DNA of 64,000 nt, from positions 66,437-130,436 of the forward strand of contig CALUSR010000001.1 of assembly GCA_944323485.1 (NCBI GenBank), given 5' to 3'. Origin of the DNA: Candidatus Gastranaerophilales bacterium (lineage in GTDB: Bacteria; Cyanobacteriota; Vampirovibrionia; Gastranaerophilales; CAJFVJ01). Positions 36,689-44,905 of the stretch are shown here, one piece after another (position 1 is the stretch's first letter; the number at the start of each line of letters is the position of its first letter). A program made the position numbers and the translations under genes. The notes beneath the pieces were generated by a model. It ran no database searches, had not been told where the DNA came from, and saw nothing but the letters and a program-made list of their open reading frames with translations.

Positions 36689-36823
36689 CAAGAAAACGAC
36701 AAAGCCGTTATGGAAGCCTACGGTTTCAAAAAACGGGATGAAAATGACAAACTCCGCTGGCTTACAGAGCAGGAAACCGTCGCAGAACTGATGAAAATGT
36801 ATCTTGAACTTACAAACAAATAA
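36689..36823 (+). pseudogene. displaced C-terminal 44 codons of the MmeI-family gene
   Basis: Reads QENDKAVMEAYGFKKRDENDKLRWLTEQETVAELMKMYLELTNK-stop. It joins ...LRKAHQ at 21993 in frame once the insert and one copy of ATCAAG are removed. Confidence 0.8.
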
Positions 36824-36827
36824 AAAA

Positions 36828-36850
36828 AAACCGCCTGATGCGGTTTATTT
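36828..36850 (+). terminator. rho-independent terminator of the original MmeI-like gene
   Basis: AAACCGC-CTGAT-GCGGTTT hairpin followed by a T-rich stretch. Confidence 0.6.
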
Positions 36851-36855
36851 ATAAA

Positions 36856-36931
36856 TGGTGGAGGTTAGGAGACTCGAACTCCTGACCCTCTGCGTGCAAA
36901 GCAGATGCTCTACCAACTGAGCTAAACCCCC
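36856..36931 (-). tRNA. tRNA-Ala (anticodon UGC)
   Basis: 76-nt cloverleaf folded by hand: acceptor GGGGGTT/AACCTCC with G3:U70, anticodon loop TTTGCAC, T-loop TTCGAGT, and an encoded CCA. Confidence 0.9.
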
Positions 36932-37051
36932 ATGAGTTCTTAACATTCTTATGTTATCATCTAAAAATCTGTTGTCAACAATATTTTCTTCTTGCGCAAT
37001 TTTTTAGGTTGTAATGTTTTATTAATACTATCTGCATAAAAAGGAACAAAT

Positions 37052-37654
37052 ATGATTGGGAAAATAACATCAGACGTCGCATCAAAAATAAAAAACACTG
37101 ACTGGCAAAAAATCAGGCATTCTTTGAATCCAATTGCAACAAACTCACATCTTGAAGGTGCTTTTTCGAGCACAGGGGACAGCCTTCTAATCAGAAAAAT
37201 TTCAAAGCTTGAACAAGAGGGAAACTTTGACAAAATAAAATCAATCAGCTCAAAACTATACGAAAGAATGTTAAAGATGGATGAAGAATTCAAAAAGCTT
37301 CCGCCTGTGTTATTTGCCCGGAAATATTACCGTGGAATTATGGGGAAAAATAACGAAGGAGTCCAAATCCTGCAAAAAGCAAACACCGGAGACATCGTCA
37401 CTCCTGATAGTGGATATGCCTTTATCACAAAATCAAAAGATGTTGCCGAGGGATATGCAAGATATCTTGATAACAGCGCAGGAGGAGAAAATGTGTTTAT
37501 GGAAATAAAAATCCCCCGCGGAGCCAAAATCTCAAGAAATCCCTTTCACCTGAGAGAAGCTGTAATGCCGAGGAATGCAAAATTCGAAGTTCTTGATAAA
37601 CAGGAGCAGGAAGGACTCACAAAAGTTATCCTGAAATATATTCCATCGAAATAA
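37052..37654 (+). CDS. ADP-ribosyltransferase-like protein (R-S-E clade motifs), putative toxin/effector
   Basis: 200 aa. YYRG (Arg motif), GYAFITKSK (STS-like) about 33 residues later, and HLREAVMP (catalytic Glu region) about 40 residues after that. The spacing resembles C3/iota-type ARTs. Confidence 0.4.
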   Translation: MIGKITSDVASKIKNTDWQKIRHSLNPIATNSHLEGAFSSTGDSLLIRKISKLEQEGNFDKIKSISSKLYERMLKMDEEFKKLPPVLFARKYYRGIMGKNNEGVQILQKANTGDIVTPDSGYAFITKSKDVAEGYARYLDNSAGGENVFMEIKIPRGAKISRNPFHLREAVMPRNAKFEVLDKQEQEGLTKVILKYIPSK

Positions 37655-37949
37655 TTCTCATTAAAATATTATCAATACAATCACAAATAAACTCAAGTCC
37701 TTTTATATTTTGAATAATTCTTTTTCTGGATTCTTTTGATAGTTTTCTATAAATATTTTTATCACTTCTTATTAAATTTAAACAATCAAGTATTAACATA
37801 AACTCCAACTGCACCCGAACAAATTTGATAAGAGTTTTTCTAAACACTTCAAAAAAAGCTGATTCAAAAATTTTTCCTTCAAATTCTGTTCGAAAAAATG
37901 AATATAATCTTTTATTATACAGTTCGTTTATTTGTTTTTTTCTGTCCAT
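37626..37949 (-). CDS. hypothetical protein
   Basis: 107-aa ORF divergent from the HTH gene across the palindromes. Its 3' end overlaps the ART-like ORF by 29 nt, so one of the two ends may be mis-set. Confidence 0.35.
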   Translation of the reverse strand: MDRKKQINELYNKRLYSFFRTEFEGKIFESAFFEVFRKTLIKFVRVQLEFMLILDCLNLIRSDKNIYRKLSKESRKRIIQNIKGLEFICDCIDNILMRIISMEYISG

Positions 37950-37967
37950 AAATTATCCTCTTTTTAT

Positions 37968-38050
37968 ATTTATAGAAAATATATTCTAATACTAGAATAT
38001 ATTTTCTATAAATGTCAATCTGTTTATAGAAATATATTTCTATAAACAGA
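37968..38050. promoter_or_regulatory. two long perfect palindromes (operator candidates)
   Basis: 37968-38013 has 21-bp arms (ATTTATAGAAAATATATTCTA / TAGAATATATTTTCTATAAAT) around ATAC. 38019-38050 is a 32-bp perfect palindrome (TCTGTTTATAGAAATA|TATTTCTATAAACAGA). Both share TTTATAGAAA. Confidence 0.6.
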
Positions 38051-38072
38051 CATTATCTTATAATAGTAGACT

Positions 38073-38282
38073 ATGAATGCTATAAATGAAGTTAAAATGC
38101 TGGCGGCTAAAAAAGGGATAACTCTTACCCAGTTAGCTGAATACCTGACAAAAAACACAAACAAAAAATATTCTCTTGATACACTCTCAAAAAAATTGCG
38201 GGCTAACACCATAAGATACTCTGAGATGAAAATAATCGCAGAAGCTTTGGATATGGAGCTCATAATTCAGGATAAAAAATAA
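38073..38282 (+). CDS. small helix-turn-helix regulator
   Basis: 69 aa. ITLTQLAEYLTKNTNKKYSLDTLSKKL HTH-like segment. It starts 23 nt after the second palindrome. Confidence 0.5.
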   Translation: MNAINEVKMLAAKKGITLTQLAEYLTKNTNKKYSLDTLSKKLRANTIRYSEMKIIAEALDMELIIQDKK

Positions 38283-38289
38283 TTAAAAA

Positions 38290-38310
38290 AGACCTTTTAA
38301 GAAAAGGTCT
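38290..38310. terminator. bidirectional hairpin terminator
   Basis: AGACCTTTT-AAG-AAAAGGTCT. On the minus strand it is followed by TTTTTTAATT (terminating tRNA-Ile). It also closes the + strand HTH gene. Confidence 0.6.
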
Positions 38311-38329
38311 TCATCAAACTTTTTAAATA

Positions 38330-38403
38330 TGGGCCATCCTGGACTCGAACCAGGGACCTCACCCTTATCAGGGGTGCGCTCTAGCCACCTGAGCTAATAG
38401 CCC
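38330..38403 (-). tRNA. tRNA-Ile (anticodon GAU)
   Basis: 74-nt cloverleaf: acceptor GGGCTAT/ATGGCCC, anticodon loop CTGATAA, T-loop TTCGAGT. CCA is not encoded. Confidence 0.9.
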
Positions 38404-38466
38404 TCAGCCTCTCTCGAGGGTAATTATATAAATATCATAGACAAAACCTGAGTGCAACTATTTTTT

Positions 38467-39612
38467 TTAACGTACTGACAAATAATTGTAAACCGTCCTT
38501 GAAGCATTGATTATAAACTCTTTTGCCTCATAAGAATTCCAGGGTCTTTTCACCATTATGACAATAATATATCTCCGCCCGTCAGGCATCTGCACAATTC
38601 CTGCATCTCCGAGCATTTCTCCTATATCGCCCGTTTTATGGAAAAACTGGGCACCATCAGGAAGACCGGCCTTAATCAAAGAAGTGTTTCTTACCTTGCT
38701 CATAATTCCTATTATCTGTGTTCTGCTGCGAAGAGAGAGCAAATTCGTGTTGTCTATATTATAGAGCAATGTCGCCATATCTTTTGCTGTCGAACGATTT
38801 GTCCCTGTCAAATCAGGCAGCCAGTTTTTCATAGTTGTATTCTTCAAACCCCATAAATTCAAAGACCTGTTGAGCTGGTCCATTCCGCCGATACGGGAAA
38901 GCAGCATATTGGTTGCAGTATTATCACTGGTTTGAATCATCAAAGCTGCAAGCTGGGCAATAGACAAACTTGTAAGATTAACCGGTTTATATTGCAAATA
39001 TCCTGAGCCGCCTGTTACAAAATGCGGCAGCAGCGTCATCTTTTCATCAAGGCTGATAAGCCCCTGATCTATCTGCCTGAAAAGTTCATAAAGCACTGGA
39101 ATTTTTATAATACTTGCCGTCGGGATAGATTGTTCCCCGTTCAAGCTGACATATCTGCCTGTTGTATATTCCCATACAAAAATTGTCGGTTTTATATTCG
39201 GGTGAGCTTTAATCTGATTATTCAAGATATTTTGCAAACCAAACATCTGCGGACCGAGAATAAGCTCATCCATAATGTGAGACTCTTCTTTAACCAGCTG
39301 TCTTTGTCCGAAAAAAATATTTTGTGTAATATATTTATCAGACTCATTAACAAAATTCACCTTTTCAGGATTAATCAAAGCATTGTTCATAGGATTGAAC
39401 AATATTCTGCCTGAGAGTTCTTTGTAAGCAAACGGCAAAATGAACAAAGCCAACAACAGTACAAAAATAATCAATCTAAAATTGATTTTTTTTATTTTTT
39501 TTCTGCGCTTTGTCTTGATTTCAACTCTCGGTTGTTCACGCTCAACGCTGTGATAAGGCAGTGTTCTGCCTCTTGTATAATCATAGTTATAGCTAAATTT
39601 TGTATTTTGCAA
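38467..39612 (-). CDS. membrane-anchored class A beta-lactamase-like serine hydrolase
   Basis: 381 aa. N-terminal TM, SIIK (SxxK), SDN and KTG motifs. Confidence 0.7.
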   Translation of the reverse strand: MQNTKFSYNYDYTRGRTLPYHSVEREQPRVEIKTKRRKKIKKINFRLIIFVLLLALFILPFAYKELSGRILFNPMNNALINPEKVNFVNESDKYITQNIFFGQRQLVKEESHIMDELILGPQMFGLQNILNNQIKAHPNIKPTIFVWEYTTGRYVSLNGEQSIPTASIIKIPVLYELFRQIDQGLISLDEKMTLLPHFVTGGSGYLQYKPVNLTSLSIAQLAALMIQTSDNTATNMLLSRIGGMDQLNRSLNLWGLKNTTMKNWLPDLTGTNRSTAKDMATLLYNIDNTNLLSLRSRTQIIGIMSKVRNTSLIKAGLPDGAQFFHKTGDIGEMLGDAGIVQMPDGRRYIIVIMVKRPWNSYEAKEFIINASRTVYNYLSVR

Positions 39613-39802
39613 TATTCGGCTCCCAAATCCCGCTCAGATGTTTATATTTCATCACTTCCCCAATTTAATAAAAATTATAGCACACTTTATTTGGTAATCA
39701 AAATGTTGACTATTTTTATAATTAATATGCTGTAATTTAAACTATATCTGTGTACTTTTTTATGAAATTTGTTAAAATTAGAATTGTACTATAGTCAATA
39801 AT

Positions 39803-40693
39803 ATGGTGAGTTATATGAAAAATATTATTATTTATAATGAAGAAGCCAAAAGCTCATTGGTTGAAATGCTCCAAAATAACGATGAATACTATATCCAATG
39901 TGAAGAAACAGGCAACATCAAACAATCAGATGAACTCAATCCGGATGTAATCATTCTCGATGCCAAACCTGAAACCATACAAAATATAGCAATGACTACA
40001 AAATTTCATGTTCCGGTCATCATTGTCAACGACAGCATAATCGACGGACTCAAACCGCGTGCTGAAGCATTTGATTACATCATGACTCCTGTTGACCCTA
40101 AAGAACTTGATTTACGTGTCAAAAACATGATGAAAATAAAAGAACTTAAGAATGAAATCAGTTTTGTTTCAACAACAGACGAACTCACGGGATTATTTAA
40201 CAGAAGATATCTCCATGAACGTCTTGAAGCCGAAATTGCACGTGCAAAAAGATACCATTTCTGTGTATCATGCCTGCTCATTGATATAGATTTTTTCAAA
40301 GTAATCAACGATATGTACGGGTATGACTGGGGTGATGTTTTGCTCAAGCTAATAACAGACATTCTCAAAAGACACATTCGTAAAGAAGACATACTGACCC
40401 GCTACGGTGACGAAGAATTCTTGATAGTCCTTCCGAACACAAGCGAAGATAACGCTTATATCTTTGCGGAAAGAGTCAGAAAAGATGTTGAAAAACTCCA
40501 ATTTTTCCCTGACGGAGAAGAGGAAGCTCATCCTATCACAATAAGCGGCGGTATATCATGCTACCCTTATTTGGAGAATGTCGACGAAAGCGCAAACTCA
40601 ATCATAAGGTACGCAGAGCATGCTCTTTATAATGCAAAAAAACGTGGCAAAAACAGAGTAATCACTTTCTCACAAGTAAATCTTGAAATGTAA
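39803..40693 (+). CDS. receiver-like domain fused to a GGDEF domain with a degenerate active site
   Basis: GLFNRRY, RKED (RxxD I-site), then RYGDEEF in place of GG(D/E)EF. The receiver has TP where the conserved KP is expected. Alternative start at 39815. Confidence 0.75.
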   Translation: MVSYMKNIIIYNEEAKSSLVEMLQNNDEYYIQCEETGNIKQSDELNPDVIILDAKPETIQNIAMTTKFHVPVIIVNDSIIDGLKPRAEAFDYIMTPVDPKELDLRVKNMMKIKELKNEISFVSTTDELTGLFNRRYLHERLEAEIARAKRYHFCVSCLLIDIDFFKVINDMYGYDWGDVLLKLITDILKRHIRKEDILTRYGDEEFLIVLPNTSEDNAYIFAERVRKDVEKLQFFPDGEEEAHPITISGGISCYPYLENVDESANSIIRYAEHALYNAKKRGKNRVITFSQVNLEM

Positions 40694-40712
40694 ATATCAA
40701 AAATCATAAACT

Positions 40713-40742
40713 AAAAAGGATGAGATTTTTCTCATCCTTTTT
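40713..40742. terminator. bidirectional hairpin terminator
   Basis: AAAAAGGATGAG-ATTTTT-CTCATCCTTTTT between convergent genes. Confidence 0.6.
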
Positions 40743-42621
40743 AGTTTGATAAAAGTATTTCATAAAATTTATCGGCATCAAATGAATAATCATCATTTCT
40801 GGAATCAAGCAGCAGCTTTGTCAGATAACCGCTTGCCTTATGCTCAGGTGAGAGAGCATTTGGAATTTTTCTGACAATTTTGCTCCACTTCTGGTTCTTT
40901 GATGATGACGGTGTTTTTTCTATCAATGCATCCATAGTATCAAACAAAAACTGTTTATACTCATCCTGAGCAGTGTCAGATAGAAACTTTTCAATTTGTT
41001 TATCAGGAACTATCCTATCTTTGCTATAAAGAGGGTCTTTTGTCTGCAGGTATTTTATGGTTTCAGAAAGTTGCGGATCTTCTCCGAAAGCTTCCTGCAG
41101 TAATCTTGAATAAATACCCGACCTGTTTTTGACCAGAGCTTTTTTTGAATTTTCATACAGAACAGGCATCAGCTCCTCTGCATTTTTACCGGGATTATCT
41201 TTTGCCCACTGTGCAACTTTTTCTATAGCGGCAAGTTTTACCATAGATTCGCTGCGTGAGAAGAACGATTTGTATTTTTCTATCTCCTCTCCAAGCATTC
41301 TTCCTCTGAGAGAGTTTAAATCAGCCATCCGTTCTTTGGTAAACGGTTCAACGCCATCTGAAAGCATATGTTTCTTCTTGGTTTTCTTTACTTTTACATT
41401 AGATAAATCTAAAGACTGTACACCTGATAAGTCATCCAAAAATTTGCTCACAAAAGCATTCTGCGTATAACGTCTTACTTCTTTGCGCAATGTATCGGAC
41501 ACTTTCGGGAGATAATCAGGTACCCCGAGGTTTTTAAACCTCTTTGGATCCTCTTCCATTTTGTCTTTTACAACAGATAAATTTTCTACAACATTATCAA
41601 ATCTGCGAGGATTTCTAAACATATAATCAATCCACGGCATATCAGCTCTTTTTCCGTTGCAATAGGAATGGGTTATGAGATAGTTGGAATAATCGGAAAC
41701 TCCTTTCTTGGAAAATGGTTTGATATGCTCTGCCGTTGATAAAAACGGATATAAAATCTGCGCATAAAACATTTCCGATGATTCCATATCTTTTGGAATA
41801 AGCTCATCATTAATGTTCTTCTTGATTGCTTTTGAAATGAATTTTACAAGATATGCATCCTCATCAATAGAAGAAGAAGGCAGTTCATCAACCTTTGAAA
41901 TAATACGGTTCCATGTCTTCGCATGGTTGTTTTTTATTGCCTCAGGACTGTTTCTTATATCTTTTATATTCTGAATAATCTCTTTTCTGTATGCAACATG
42001 CTGTTTGTTTATCAAAAAATCAGACAGCTCTGCAAGAGAGATATCCTGTTTGAGAACAACATCCTGATTTCTGACATCTTTCACATACTTTGAAAGAGAA
42101 TGAGTTTTTAAATCTTCAGCCATCTCTTCGATATCATCATAAATCTTTGATTGTTTTTTTATCAGCCTTTCTCTTGAATCAACAAACAGTATCGGAAGAA
42201 GTTCTTCTGCCGTTTTATCGGGATGTTCAAGAGCCGTTTCTTCCAAAATTTTGAAAGCTTTCCTTTGAGAGTCGCCCATTTTATCAGGTGCCTGACGGAA
42301 ATATTCACCCATTCTATCAACAAGTTCAGATCCTTTAAGGTGAATCATTTCATGAAGATCTTCACGGGAGAGAACATCCTTCCCGCAATAAGCACATGGA
42401 ATACCTTTTACCTGTTTAAGAGCAAAGTTATACCCGAAGGATAAATCGCTGACTTTATCGTGACTTAATCCCGAAAGTCCATTCGTTGTCTTCTGGAAAA
42501 CATCTCTCGTCAACGGTGAACTCATCCGAATGCTCAAACCGGCATGCCCGACTGCTGACGGGTGCATGACATCCCGTTTAAACCCTGACCTGGAAAAACC
42601 TAAACTAACCGGCAAAATCAT
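40741..42621 (-). CDS. 626-aa protein with an HNH-like nuclease motif and an internal duplication
   Basis: CAYCG near residue 77 and AEHIKPFSKKGVSDYSNYLITHSYCNGKR near residue 300. Duplicated module: HPDKTAEELLPILFVDSRERLIKKQSKIY versus NPGKNAEELMPVLYENSKKALVKNRSGIY. Confidence 0.4.
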   Translation of the reverse strand: MILPVSLGFSRSGFKRDVMHPSAVGHAGLSIRMSSPLTRDVFQKTTNGLSGLSHDKVSDLSFGYNFALKQVKGIPCAYCGKDVLSREDLHEMIHLKGSELVDRMGEYFRQAPDKMGDSQRKAFKILEETALEHPDKTAEELLPILFVDSRERLIKKQSKIYDDIEEMAEDLKTHSLSKYVKDVRNQDVVLKQDISLAELSDFLINKQHVAYRKEIIQNIKDIRNSPEAIKNNHAKTWNRIISKVDELPSSSIDEDAYLVKFISKAIKKNINDELIPKDMESSEMFYAQILYPFLSTAEHIKPFSKKGVSDYSNYLITHSYCNGKRADMPWIDYMFRNPRRFDNVVENLSVVKDKMEEDPKRFKNLGVPDYLPKVSDTLRKEVRRYTQNAFVSKFLDDLSGVQSLDLSNVKVKKTKKKHMLSDGVEPFTKERMADLNSLRGRMLGEEIEKYKSFFSRSESMVKLAAIEKVAQWAKDNPGKNAEELMPVLYENSKKALVKNRSGIYSRLLQEAFGEDPQLSETIKYLQTKDPLYSKDRIVPDKQIEKFLSDTAQDEYKQFLFDTMDALIEKTPSSSKNQKWSKIVRKIPNALSPEHKASGYLTKLLLDSRNDDYSFDADKFYEILLSN

Positions 42622-42706
42622 CCCTATGTCCCAATAATCTCACACACATATAAAGATTAAAAATAAATAAAATTGATACTCTAGCCTCATTATCTATAGA
42701 AAAATT

Positions 42707-42730
42707 AATGCCGCTTAAAAAAGCGGCATT
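42707..42730 (-). terminator. rho-independent terminator after tsf
   Basis: AATGCCGCTT-AAAA-AAGCGGCATT. The minus-strand reading is followed by a T-rich run. Confidence 0.7.
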
Positions 42731-42740
42731 AAAAAGTTTT

Positions 42741-43385
42741 TTATTTTATTTGACTCATAACTTCTTCTGCAAAGTTATCCTGTCTTTTCTCAAGCCCCTC
42801 ACCGAGAGTATATTTCGTAAATCTTCTTACGGTAATTTTCTCTCCGATGGATGCTATTTTTTCTTTGATAAGCTCTTCTATTGTCTTAGAGGGATCTTTT
42901 ACAAACGGCTGTTCAAGAAGAACTCTTTGAGCCATAAGTTTATTAACTCTGCCCTCAACAATTTTTGCTCTTATTTGTTCAGGTTTGTTTGCAAGGTCTT
43001 CTTTTCCCATCTCGATTCTTGTTTCTTCTTCAATTACCGACTGAGGAATTTCATCTCTTGAAACATACTGTGCATCAGAACTTGCAATGTGCAAGCAAAT
43101 ATCATGAACCAGTGTTTTGAACTCATCGTTCTTTGCAACAAAGTCTGTTTCGCAGTTTACTTCAATCAAAACACCAATCTTATTATTATGAACGTAAGAA
43201 GAAATCATTCCCTCTGCAGCGATACGTCCCATTTTCTTTTCAGCTGACGCAATACCTTTCTGACGTAAGTATTCGGCAGCTTTTTCCATATCACCGTTGC
43301 TTTCGGTCAATGCCTTTTTGGCATCCATGATTCCTGCGCCCGTTTTTTCTCTCAGTTCTTTTACCTGTTGAGCAGTAACTGTCAT
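42741..43385 (-). CDS. tsf: elongation factor Ts (short form)
   Basis: 214 aa. [27 protein letters not shown]-like N-terminus. Immediately downstream of rpsB. Confidence 0.9.
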   Translation of the reverse strand: MTVTAQQVKELREKTGAGIMDAKKALTESNGDMEKAAEYLRQKGIASAEKKMGRIAAEGMISSYVHNNKIGVLIEVNCETDFVAKNDEFKTLVHDICLHIASSDAQYVSRDEIPQSVIEEETRIEMGKEDLANKPEQIRAKIVEGRVNKLMAQRVLLEQPFVKDPSKTIEELIKEKIASIGEKITVRRFTKYTLGEGLEKRQDNFAEEVMSQIK

Positions 43386-44228
43386 TTATTCTTCCTCCAA
43401 AACTTCTTCTTCGGTAGTTTCTTCTTCTGTTTCCGTTGTTTCTTCTTCTGATGCTTCTTCATTCAAGCTTTCTTCAGATACATTTGCATCTTCCGGCTTA
43501 ACTTCTTCTACTTTTGCATCATCGGCAATCTGTGCTTTGCTTTCTCTGATTGCTTTTCCTTCGAGGATAGCATCAACCATCTTTGATACAATCAATTTGA
43601 TTGAACGGATAGCATCATCATTACCCGGAATAACAATATTTACATCGCTCGGATCACCGTTTGTATCGACTAATGCAATGATAGGAATATTCATTTTGTT
43701 TGCTTCCTGAATAGCAATCAGTTCTTTTTTCTGGTCGATTACAAACAACAAATCAGGCATACCTCTCATTTCTTTGATACCGCCGAGAGTTTTTTCCAAT
43801 TTTTCAAGTTGTCTTGTAAGAACAGCAACTTCTTTTTTCGGAAGTCTTTCAAAATGTCCGCTTTCTTTCAGGCTTTCAAGTTCTCTTAATTTGTTTATTC
43901 TTCCTCTGATTGTTTCAAAGTTTGTGAGCATGCCGCCGAGCCATCTTCTGTTAATATAATATGCTCCGCCTCTTTTTGCTTCTTCTGCAACAATCTCGCT
44001 TGCCTGTTTTTTGGTTCCTACAAATACAACATTTCTTCCTCTTGCTGCATAATCTCTAACCAATTCATAAGCCTGATCAAGAAGTTCCGTTGTTTTTTGG
44101 AGGTCTAGTATATAAATTCCGTTTCTTTCTCCAAAAATATATTTTTTCATCTTCGGATTCCACTGTTGGGTCTTATGACCAAAGTGGACGCCTGCTTCCA
44201 ATAATTCTACCATTGATGCAACTGGCAT
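43386..44228 (-). CDS. rpsB: 30S ribosomal protein S2 with an acidic C-terminal extension
   Basis: Start at the ATG at 44228 (GGAGAA SD; [18 protein letters not shown]). The C-terminus is Glu-rich (...[24 protein letters not shown]). Confidence 0.9.
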   Translation of the reverse strand: MPVASMVELLEAGVHFGHKTQQWNPKMKKYIFGERNGIYILDLQKTTELLDQAYELVRDYAARGRNVVFVGTKKQASEIVAEEAKRGGAYYINRRWLGGMLTNFETIRGRINKLRELESLKESGHFERLPKKEVAVLTRQLEKLEKTLGGIKEMRGMPDLLFVIDQKKELIAIQEANKMNIPIIALVDTNGDPSDVNIVIPGNDDAIRSIKLIVSKMVDAILEGKAIRESKAQIADDAKVEEVKPEDANVSEESLNEEASEEETTETEEETTEEEVLEEE

Positions 44229-44549
44229 GTTTTTATTTTCTCCTTTTTCATTTATCATTCTTTTTTATTCATTACGTTAAGATATAATAACACAAAGAAA
44301 AATAAGTAAACATAGTTTGGATTTCTTCGTAAAATGTCCTTAACATACCTGTTTTTATATTGCATTAAACATTAGTAAATACCTTGGTTTCAGATACATA
44401 AACTTAAAATAAGCATGCCCTGCATTTTCATCTTTTTATAGGAAATCCCCCCGCTTTTGTATAATTCATGTTCCATAGCATCTATAATTAAACATGACTT
44501 TTAAAAGAATTTTATTAAAACAAAAATATAGAACAAAAAGGGTTGTTTT

Positions 44550-44792
44550 ATGGTTGCAAATATCACAAATCTGATGAATAGAATTTTACAGACTTCTCAG
44601 TCTACATCGCTGACGCCGGTCAAACAGGCGCCTGCTGATGACAATCCTTTTGCAAACCCTTTCATATCATCATCAGGGAAAACAAACTATATGACTTACG
44701 GCAAAAATCAGCCGATACAGGGCGGATTTTTTGCAGGATATTACAACGGAAAGCCGAATATTGTCGGCAAAAGATTGTTTATTGAAGCATAG
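44550..44792 (+). CDS. hypothetical small protein
   Basis: 80-aa ORF with no recognisable motif. Confidence 0.3.
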   Translation: MVANITNLMNRILQTSQSTSLTPVKQAPADDNPFANPFISSSGKTNYMTYGKNQPIQGGFFAGYYNGKPNIVGKRLFIEA

Positions 44793-44905
44793 ATAAACAA
44801 CTTCATTTAGATATGTAAATTACAATTGAAATAATTATCGAAAATTCTCTCCATGTTTAATATAATTAACTGATGGTCAGATAAACATGTCAGGGAGCGG
44901 TATTT

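Noticed and set aside
36600-36791. A 63-aa track ORF at the right junction
   Set aside because: It is out of frame with, and overlaps, the clearly homologous MmeI C-terminal remnant (36689..36823). Its translation is low-complexity.
36856-38403. An rRNA operon spacer (the Ile-Ala tRNA pair usually marks one)
   Set aside because: No 16S-like or 23S-like sequence flanks either tRNA. The neighbours are protein-coding genes, and tRNA-Ile has its own terminator.
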